64,000 bases of DNA, taken from assembly GCF_009914755.1 (NCBI RefSeq), contig NC_060927.1. One strand, 5' to 3'. The translations under genes were made by a program, and so were the position numbers. Below the pieces are notes generated by a model that saw only the letters and a program-made list of their open reading frames with translations, did not search any database and was not told the DNA's origin. The DNA comes from the human T2T-CHM13v2.0 reference genome, Homo sapiens. Position 1 is the stretch's first letter. Each line of letters begins with the position of its first letter. This document shows, one piece after another, positions 38,175-64,000 of this stretch.

Positions 38175-38412
38175 TTTATGTATTACTGCATAACAAATCA
38201 CTCTCAAAACCTAGTGGTGTAGAACAACAGTAATTTATTTTGCTTAAGAATATGCAACTTGAGGAGAGCTTGACAGGGATAACCCTTCTGTGTTCTACAA
38301 TGTCTAGGGCCTGCGTTTGGAAAACTCAAATGGATGATAGTGAATCAAATGGCTGGAGGCTGGAGTGCCAAGAGGTATCTTTGCTCACAAGACTGGTCCC
38401 TAGACTAGGAAG
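38175..38412 (-). mobile_element. MLT1 LTR fragment
   Basis: tattactgcataacaaatcactctcaaaacctagtggtgtagaacaaca. Confidence 0.75.
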
Positions 38413-38510
38413 GGCCTTTAGAATAAATATCTCTGAAAGAAGCAATGAAAGTGACTAGGAGAAGAATGGAAACCTTCAGGAAGAGCTGTAGAGTAGGCAA
38501 CGGAAAATTA

Positions 38511-40780
<2,270 letters not shown>

Positions 40781-42569
40781 TATATTTCTCAGTAGGATAT
40801 TCTAGGCAGCAAATACTGTTGGAACTGCTATTCTGGCCTAAGTTAGGTTGTGGCTACAAGAGGAAGATGGACTCATGATGGAGTCCATCATGATTTTGTA
40901 TTATGAAGGTATGTAGGGTTGGAGCAGGTAGAGTAAGTTAACTTTCAGGTGCTGACAAGTGCTGCAATGATTGTTGTTTAGAGGGAATTGTGTTAAATGC
41001 GGGTCCAGTGGATGTCACTATGTCCACAATCAGGGTTTGGATGGTCTGTAGTGTCTACTTGAGCAATGCCGTTGCAGAACCCAACATAAGGGTGGAATTA
41101 TCCTGCTAAGACCATAGCCAGTTGTTCTGGTGGAACAGACCACCCTACTTTTGTCACCTTTAGTAGCAGGGTGCTAGTAGTCCCAGACCTTAGCAGGTGC
41201 ACCTATATCTAGATGTCTGCTTGTTGAACTTTCTCAGTAGCCCCCGAAGGCTACAGCTGAAGGAGGATGGCTGCAAAATTCCTGGGCAGGAGGATCCTTA
41301 AGGTAGGGTAGCTTATGCCGCCCAACACTCTGACATAGATAGACCTTTTCTGAAGATGGCAGCCCTGTTGATATTTGCTGCCTGATATATGGAGGGTGTG
41401 GAAGCAAACCTATCAAAGAAGAGACCCACCCAGGCTGCCAAGCTGAAATCTCCAGGTTTACTCCCACTGCTCCAGGCAACCGTTCAGATTCTGCAGACCA
41501 GACACAGTGCTGGGCCCCGAGATACTATCTTTCCACACCTGGAAGGCAGCTCAGTAATTGGCAAGTACTGTTTCTTCTTGGGACAAATTGACTTCAGCTA
41601 AAAGTGAGAAGAAACACATAAGTGAGGAACCCAGACTGGGATCCTTTCATGCAAAACAAATCTCAGTGTTGAGAGTATCAGTTTTCCTAAAGGAAGCTTG
41701 CTTGGGTCAAGTTGGACAAAGATCCAGGTGGAAGTAAATCGATTTTGTGTGTGTGTTTGTTTTGTTTTATAAAACAGAAAGATAAATATCTTTCTTCTCC
41801 TGAAAGTTGGTCTTTGAGGGTCAAGATAATAAAATGTTGGCAAAACCATTTAGATGAAAGAAACTTGGGTATACTCTATTTATGGCTTTATATATTATTG
41901 TATATATTATATATTTATATATTTTTCACTTAACATTATATTGTAAACATTCTTCAAAAATGATTTTGAATGGCTGCATAATCATTCATCATGAATATGC
42001 TGGGATTTATTTAAACATTTCTCTATTGTTGAATATGTCTAATGTTCCCAACTTTTTGCTCTTATAAATAATGCTGTAATGAAAATCTGATTTGGCAAAC
42101 ACAAGTCTGTTTCTCTTTGGGATTGATTCCTAAGGCTGAAATGACCACAACAAAAGTATGAGCATTTAAAATGTTTTGATACTGATTGTTTATCAAAAAT
42201 TGTATTTGATGGACCAACAATTCCAGTTATCCCACCCTCCTGGATATAGTGATTTCTACAGATGACTAATGCTAACGCCAGGCTCTCACTCGGATAACCT
42301 CCTCCCTGCTGAAGTCCTACATACTTACAGTTAATTTTGTAAGAGCAAAGGTGGTGGCATCAGGTAGACCCCAGTTCAGTCTTCTAGTCTTCCAAGTCCT
42401 GGATGTGTGTCCTTGGATCTCAGTTTCTTATCTGTTAAACAGGGATAATAAGATGTAGTTATTTTTATTAGTTTGTTTGTAGTTTTTTGTTGTTGTTGTC
42501 ATAACACGTTATGTACAGGTACATCTACAGGAAAACAAAAGATGTTTTCAGTATTAAAAACAAAACATA

Positions 42570-49095
<6,526 letters not shown>

Positions 49096-49426
49096 AATAC
49101 TTGCCTTTCAGCTTTCATATTTTTAATTTTGGAGAGTGATGAAAATATTCTAAATCATGAGTTTCAGAGGTAGTTATGTGACTATACACTTGTCAGAACT
49201 CATTGAATTGTGTAATAAGGGTACTTTTTTTGCATGTAGATGTTTATTTTATTTTATTTATTTATTTATTTATTTTTTGAGGTGAAATCTTGCTCTGTCA
49301 CATAGGCTAGAGTGCAGTGGCGCAATCTCGGCTCATTGCAACCTCTGCCTCCCAGATTCAAGCGATTTTCATGCTCAGCCTCTTGAGTAGCTGGGATTAC
49401 AGGTGCGCATCACCACATCTGGCTAA

Positions 49427-49582
<156 letters not shown>

Positions 49583-50041
49583 TAAATTATACTCCAATAA
49601 AGCTCAGAAAAAGGTAAAATACTTTTTGAGACAAAAAAGTATTAAATGTTTAAATATTATTAAATATTAAATATAAGCACACACAAGAGTATACAGAATA
49701 ATGGGAAACACCCTTATCATTATCACTCAGACTACAAAATAAAGCAATACAAATACAAGCAGAAGCTCCGTATATATGCCTCTCTTTGCATTTACTATCC
49801 TCATGCTTGTTTTTATCACCTTACTTCATATGTAGGTGTCTCCACAAATATGGTATTGTTTTCCCTGTCTTTAAACTTCACACATAAATGTTTCATTCAT
49901 CTAGCTGTTTTCAATGATGTGATAATAAATAGGCAAACCCACACATGTGATTATATTTGCACAACTTCTAGACTTGGACCTGTACAGAAATGCAAAGTTT
50001 ACCTGACTCTCTACATTTTGAACTCACTGTACTTCTCTCAG

Positions 50042-50115
50042 GAGAGAATGCCAAGAAAGTCACTGTCATTTATTCCTCTGCCTGGGGCAGAAAAATTAGT
50101 GAACACTCACTCTTG
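50042..50115 (+). other. Candidate exon (74 nt)
   Basis: Branch-like ctcac, acceptor tgtacttctctcag|GAG, donor TTG|gtaagt. Confidence 0.4.
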
Positions 50116-50217
50116 GTAAGTGGCATGAAAGGCCATTTGTAAGCCTGGCCCTGCTCCAATGGCTGCTGTGAAGATTCATGCACTGAGGGTGATGAGGGCT
50201 TGGAGCTCCCCTTGGCC

Positions 50218-50274
50218 TGAGTCAGCAACCTGCTGGTGCCTGGTGTCAGCAGTTTCCGGTCAGGGAGTGACTCA
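50218..50274. promoter_or_regulatory. Candidate enhancer: ARE/MARE, Maf half-site, ETS core, AP-1
   Basis: TGAGTCAGCA 50218-50227, GTCAGCA 50245-50251, TTTCCGG 50253-50259, TGACTCA 50268-50274. Confidence 0.5.
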
Positions 50275-50429
50275 CTGGACACCCTCCTACTTTCTGCTGG
50301 ATGGAAGTGAGTGTCTCAGGGAAATTGATTCCAGCCCTCAGATCCAGACTGCACCATTAACTCTGTAAATCTGATTAATCCCTTAACAAGGGTCAGAAAC
50401 ATCTGTAATTCCTTTCCAGCGAGCCTCGT

Positions 50430-55559
<5,130 letters not shown>

Positions 55560-55964
55560 TAGTTTAAAGTTTTTAATCGAGGTATAATTTATATACTGAA
55601 AAATATACAATTTTAAATGTATATATACAATTTTGATTATAGTGCTTGATGAATTTTACATATGATTACACCTGTATAGCCACACATAGATCAAGATATA
55701 GAATATTTCTGGTACCATGAAAGGCTTTCTCTTACACGCCTTCTCAGGCAATACAACCTCAAGAAGCAACCACTCTTCTGATTTCTTTCAACAACCGTTA
55801 GTTTTGCTTGTTCTTGAACTTCATATCAATGGAATCATATATTACGTACTCTTCTATGTCTGGTTTATTTCACTCAACAACATTATGTCTGTGAGATCCA
55901 TCCCTGTAACCAATTGTAGCCGGTATTCCCTATTTGTATTGATGTATTCTATTTCATCATATAA

Positions 55965-56447
<483 letters not shown>

Positions 56448-57089
56448 TAGGGTATATGAAGGTTTAGCTTTAATATATATTGTCAAATAGTTTTTCAAAG
56501 TGGTTGTACCAATTTATACTTCTGCCAGCAACGTATACAAGTTTTAGTTGCCCTACATTCTCGTCAACACTTGCTATTGTAAATTTTTAAATTTTAATCA
56601 TTCTGGGCTGGGCTCGGTGGCCATGCCTGTATTGCTAGCACTTTGGGAGGCTGAGGAGTACAAATCGCTTGAGCCCAGGAGTTCAAGACCAGCCTGAGCA
56701 ACATAGGGACACCCTGTCTCTACAAAATATTTAAAAATTAGCTGCGTGTGATGGCATGTGCCTGAGGTCCTAGCTACCCGGAAGACTGAGGTTGGAGGAT
56801 TGCTTGAGCCTGGGAGGTCGAGGATACAGTGAGCCATAATCACACAATTGCACTCCAGCTTAAGCGACAGAGTAATACCCTGCCTCAAAAAAACCTCAAA
56901 ATTTTGAGTCATTCTAGTGAGTATACAGCAGTTTTTCATTGGAGCTTTCATTTGCATTTCCTTGCTAAGCTTATTAGCTATTTGCATATCCTTTTTATTT
57001 ACATGAAATGCCTGTTCAAGATGTTGTGCACTTTTAAAAATTGGGTTCTGTATTTAACTATTCTGTGTAAGAAATTCCTTTAAGACATA

Positions 57090-57408
57090 CTGATTTAAAA
57101 CATCAATAAACATTTATTCTCAGTTTCTGTGGGTTAGGAATTCTGGAGTGTCTTAGCTGGGTGGTTTAGCTCAGGGTCTTTAATGAAGTTGCAGTAAAGA
57201 GGTTACATGGGGCTGTGGCCACCTGCAGGCTTTAGTAGGCTGAACAATCCATTTCCAAGATAATATATGGCTTACTCACATGGCTGCAAGATGGGGCTGA
57301 GTGTTGGCAAGATGCCACAGTTCCTTACCACATGGATTCTCCACAGGATGACTGGCCTTTCCCAAAGCAAGTGACCGAAGAGAGAGGAGGGCAGAAGCTG
57401 CAGTGTCT
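57090..57408 (-). mobile_element. MLT1F-type MaLR LTR fragment
   Basis: cagtttctgtgggttaggaattctggagtgtcttagctgggtgg, ctcacatggctg, gcagaagctgcagtgtcttt. Confidence 0.8.
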
Positions 57409-57535
57409 TTTTTTTTTTTTTTTTTTTGAGATGGAGTCTCGCTCTGTTGCCAGGATGGAGTGCAGTGACGTGATCTCAGCTCACTGCAAACTCCGCTTGC
57501 TGGGTTCAAGTTATTCTGCTGCCTCAGCCTCCTGA

Positions 57536-57721
<186 letters not shown>

Positions 57722-57724
57722 TAA

Positions 57725-57865
<141 letters not shown>

Positions 57866-58168
57866 TGACTGGAAGTGCTTAACAGCTTTATTAAGATGAA
57901 ATCCGTCTGCTTAAAGTGCAAAATTCCATCGCTTTTAGTATATTTACAAAGTTAAGTGACCATCACTACAATCAGTTTTAGAATATTTTTCCTCAGGCCC
58001 AAAGTGACTGCCATACCTATTAGCAGTCACTTCCCCTTCCTCCTGCAAATTGCCGTGCCTAGGAAACTACTAGTCTACTTTCTCTGCATAGAACTCTCTG
58101 TTCTGCATATTTCATATATATTAAATCATGTAATATATGGTCTTTTGTGACTGGTTCCTTTCACTTAA

Positions 58169-58486
<318 letters not shown>

Positions 58487-58771
58487 TAGCCAGGATGGTC
58501 TCGATCTCCTGGCCTTGTGATCCGCCCGTCTCATCCTCCTAAAGTGCTGTGATTACGGGCGTGAGCCACCGCGCCCGGCCCGGATATATCACATTTTATT
58601 AATCAATTCATCAGCTGAAGGAACATTTGGGGTGTTTCTGTTTTTCGGCTATCACTAATAATGCTGCTATGAACATCCACGTACAAATTTTTGTGTGAAC
58701 CTATGTTTACGATTTTTTGGGTATAAACCCAGGAGTAGAATTGCTGAGTTGTATGGTAATTCTATGTTTAA

Positions 58772-58960
<189 letters not shown>

Positions 58961-59571
58961 TAGTAGAGATGGGGTTTCACCATGTTGGCCAGGCTGGTCT
59001 CGAACTCCTGGCCTCAAGTGATCCGCCTGCCTCAGCCTTCCAAAGTACTGGGATTAGAGGCTTCAGCTATCACCAGTAACTTCTATAAAGCTCAACAAAG
59101 GTAAAGTCAAGGGCAAATCTTCTCCCTCAAACCAACTTCTTTCTTTCTTCTCATTTTTAACAGGGCCACTGCGAGCGGCCAGGAGCCCAGGCTCGCAGTC
59201 AGCAACTCTTCCTTTCCCATTAACTCCCATAGTCTTTCACAAATTCCTATTTGTCCTTTTTTCCAAATGCCTCTTGCATTTTTTTGAAATGTAACAATTT
59301 ATTGATCAATATAAATGAAATAAAATTTAGAATTTATTTCCAACTTTGCTATATTGCATAGTAACGAGACTCCATCTCAATAATTATGAATTTCCATATC
59401 TAAATCCAAAGATTCTTAGATTTGTAAGAATTTGGAAGTTATTTTCTATCCTCCCATTTTATAGAAAAGCAAACCAATGCCTGGAAAATTAGGCATATTT
59501 TAAACGGTCTTACATTAATTAATTGTAAAGAGAGTAATATAATGAAGTCTCCTGTCTTCTAGACAAGTGTA

Positions 59572-60307
59572 TTTTTTTTTTATTTATTTAAGTTCTAGGG
59601 TACATGTGCACAACGTGCAGGTTTGTTACATATGTATATATGTTCCATGTTGGTGTACTGCATCCATTAACTCATTTACATTACGTATATCTCCTAATGC
59701 TACCCCTCCACCCTCCCCCAACCCCATGACAGGCCCCGGTGTATGATGTTCCCCTTCCTGTGTCCAAGTGTTCTCATTGTTCAGTTCCCACCTATGAGTG
59801 AGAACGTGTGGTGGTTTTTTGTCCTTGCAATAGTTTGCTGAGAATGATGGTTTCTAGCTTCATGCATGTCCCTACAGAGAACATGAACTCATCCGTTTTT
59901 ATGGCTGCATAGTATTCCATGGTGTATATGTGCCACATTTTCTTAATCCAGTCTATCATTGATGGACATTTGGGTTGGTTCCAAGTCTTTGCTGTTGTGA
60001 ATAGTACTACAATAAACATACATGTACATGTGTCTTTATAGCAGCATGATTTATAATCCTTTGGGTATATACAGTAATGGGATGGCGGGGTCAAATGGTA
60101 TTTCTAATTCTAGATCCTTGAGGAATTACCACACTCTTCCACAATGGTTGAACTAGTTTACAGTCCCACCAACAGTGTAAAAGTGTTCCTATTTCTCCAC
60201 ATCCTCTTCAGCACCTTTGTTTCCTGACTTTTTAAAGATCGCCATTCTAACTGGTGTGAGATGGTATCTCATTGTGGTTTTGATTTGCATTTCTCTGATG
60301 GCCAGTG
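59572..60307 (-). mobile_element. 5'-truncated young L1PA (L1PA4/5-like), 3'UTR + ORF2 C-terminus
   Basis: ttaagttctagggtacatgtgcacaacgtgcagg...; ORF 59792-60094 translates to ORF2p C-terminus ([31 protein letters not shown]); TSD-like agtgtattt / agtgcattt. Confidence 0.95.
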
Positions 60308-60407
60308 CATTTCTTACTTTTCTCTCACTCCCTCTGCCTTCATCCTAGGCCAGAGCCTGCCCCTGGGCTGGGCTCCCTATAGACCCTTTTCTAAATTATC
60401 GTTCTAC

Positions 60408-61010
60408 TCCATTCATCTATTCCTTCATTCATCAGAAGAGCATCTGTGGAGCACTTAGTGCCAGACACTGCGCTAGACACTAGATGCACCCGTAACACAG
60501 ACATGGTCCAGCTGGGGAGGCAGGTAATTGACAGGCAACTACAGTGTCTTGGGGTGAGTGTGATGATGGAGGAAGCCCTTAGCTGGGACCATAATCCAGA
60601 TGGAGAGGCGTGTTAGGGGGGGGCCTACACACTCCTACTGGTTTCATTGTCCTAAACACTTTTATCCTGTTTCAACTAAAATTGGCTTTCTCTTACTTTT
60701 GTTCCTTTGGGTTCAAACTTTGTAGCCTGAGATTCTAAGGCCTTTCTGGTCAACCCAGGCCCATTCCCAGGACTCTCTAGCAGAAGAGGTAGTAGTAACA
60801 ATGATAGTAATAATAGCACATCTTCATTAAGCTTATTTATCTTAAATAACAGGCCCTCTTCTAAGTACTTTTCTTAATGTTAACTCTTCACAACATTCTC
60901 TATGAAGGAGGTACAGGTACTATAATTAGCACCACTGACAGAAGGGAGTCATGAGTGCTAAAAGGCAGAATCTGGGTTCAAATCCAGGTGGCATGGCTTC
61001 CAGGCTGGCA
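60408..61010 (-). mobile_element. L2 3' end (60408-60610) and MIR (60800-61010)
   Basis: cattcatctattccttcattcatc...gagcacttagtgccagacactg; ggcagaatctgggttcaaatccagg. Confidence 0.7.
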
Positions 61011-61383
61011 TGTGATGATGACACCATTGTGTATCAGTGTAACCTGGCCGTGTGGACCTCAGACTCTAAATCATACATCCTAAGTTCTCCCCAAAGACCT
61101 TTTTACTCCTGGTCCCCTCTCCCCTGAGAATGCCCTTCTCTTTCTTATCAAACCCTATAGAAGGCTTTATTTTCACTTTCTTGATGTTATCGTTTGCAGC
61201 ACAAAGCTTTTTAAATTTTAATTAAGTATAATTTAGCAATATTTTTTATTAGTGTTTTCTGGTTATTGTTTAACCTAATTCCCTTTTCCAATTGTTTGTT
61301 TAGATTCCCGTCTTTGTTCTTGAAGATTTTAAAACCTAGTGATCCTTGATTATCTGTTCATATTTAAGAAAGAAACAGATTGT

Positions 61384-62860
<1,477 letters not shown>

Positions 62861-63329
62861 AAAGCAGTATGTATAGTTGCTATCAACTATATAGAAATGG
62901 TTTTCTCCAGGTGAACTCTGGTACAGAAGCCAAGTCACATGGTACAATACAGGTATGGATATAAGGTCCCATAAAGGAATGACTAGAAACCAAATCCACA
63001 GAATGTTATTTTCAGTGAGAACAAATTACTGTCCCCCCTCACAAGGAAACTTAGTATTGCAGTTATTCCCATCAAAGTATATTTCACATTGGAGCTCAGT
63101 TGTGGTAATGTTTAAACTTGAGTGGATACTCATGTTGAAGATATGTTCATTGCCTTTGCTGTTACCAATCTATCCTGCTGCTCCAACCCTTTAACCACGA
63201 AGATGATTAGATATTGATCTGTCCAGAAGATACCTGTAAACTCATGCCTATTTCTCCAGACGAAGACAATGAGCCAAGTTTTTCTTCTCGAGGTCTTACA
63301 GTCCTTGTTCTCCTGTAATCCTCTATACC

Positions 63330-63605
63330 CAGCTGAGCACATCTTTTGACTGGGAGCTGCCTTAACAGCCCGTTGGTAAGAAGCCTTCCCAATAACGGGT
63401 AACACAAAACTTTTATATTATGTGTATCCGTTAAAATAAAACCTATTTAATACATCAAAGTGGCTCACAATCTTCATCTCCATCATCTTCATGTTGAGTA
63501 GGCTGAGGGGGTGGGGGTGCTGGTCTTGCTGCCTCAGGGGTGGCAGAGGCAGAAAATTCCTGTAAGGAGACCCACACAGTTCAAACCCATGATGTTGGTC
63601 AACTG
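63330..63605 (-). mobile_element. Tigger2a/MER28 DNA transposon remnant
   Basis: cttcatgttgagtaggctgagg...ggtcttgctgcctcaggggtggcagaggcagaaaa...cagttcaaacccatgatgttggtcaactg. Confidence 0.85.
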
Positions 63606-63816
63606 TTATTTTTGGTAAGTTTGGGTATTTATCTTTCTACAACAGTTCAATAGTTACAGGTGTCTTTGGCAAAAAGACTATTATTTCTGTGAACCTAGTA
63701 TCTAGTTAACTACAGCTTGAAATTCCTGCCAGATCCCTTCACACACATTTTATCTTGCTCCTTTATTAACCCTGCCAACTTCACCTTCTAAGGGCTAACA
63801 GTGATTACCTGGTCTT

Positions 63817-64000
63817 GGCTGGGAATGGGTGGCTCACGCCTGTAACCTCAGCACTTTGGGAGGCCGAGGTGGGTGAATCACCCGAGGTCAGTAGTTCGAG
63901 ACCAGCCTGACCAACACGGTCAAACCCTGTCTCTACTAAAAATACAAAAATTAGCCGGGCGTGGTGGTGCACGTCTGTAATCTCAGCTACTTGGGAGGCC
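63817..64000 (+). mobile_element. AluS, truncated by the window end
   Basis: Alu left arm and linker. Confidence 0.9.

Noticed and set aside
59135-59200. Strong plus-strand acceptor ttctttctttcttctcatttttaacag
   Set aside because: Lies in pyrimidine-rich L2-like sequence and I found no convincing downstream donor
59792-60094. ORF similar to L1 ORF2p C-terminus
   Set aside because: Part of a 5'-truncated, frameshifted L1PA; not functional

Overview
Primate (human-like) genomic DNA with no recognisable protein-coding gene, RNA gene or CpG-island promoter. About 100 Alu copies or fragments (AluJ/S/Y, counted by eye) cover roughly half the window. They are layered onto old L1, L2, MIR, MaLR (MLT1), ERVL (MLT2, LTR33, MER74, ERVL-int) and Tigger DNA-transposon remnants, plus a complete ERV1 solo LTR (LTR9-like, 4-bp TSD) and a young 5'-truncated L1PA. 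Almost all ORFs in the supplied track are Alu or L1 translation artefacts. The most informative non-repeat signals are: candidate exons of probably non-coding transcripts (minus 16781-16889 and 28717-28917, plus 50042-50115); an NRF2/MAF-ARE + ETS + AP-1 motif cluster near 50.2 kb; octamer and CRE motifs in the solo LTR; and small rearrangement scars (50-bp intra-Alu duplication, 53-bp duplication around an Alu, two palindromes, a zero-spacer inverted Alu pair). I see no evidence for a new multi-gene biological system. Repeat subfamily names come from remembered consensus sequences, repeat boundaries are approximate, and both need RepeatMasker/Dfam confirmation.
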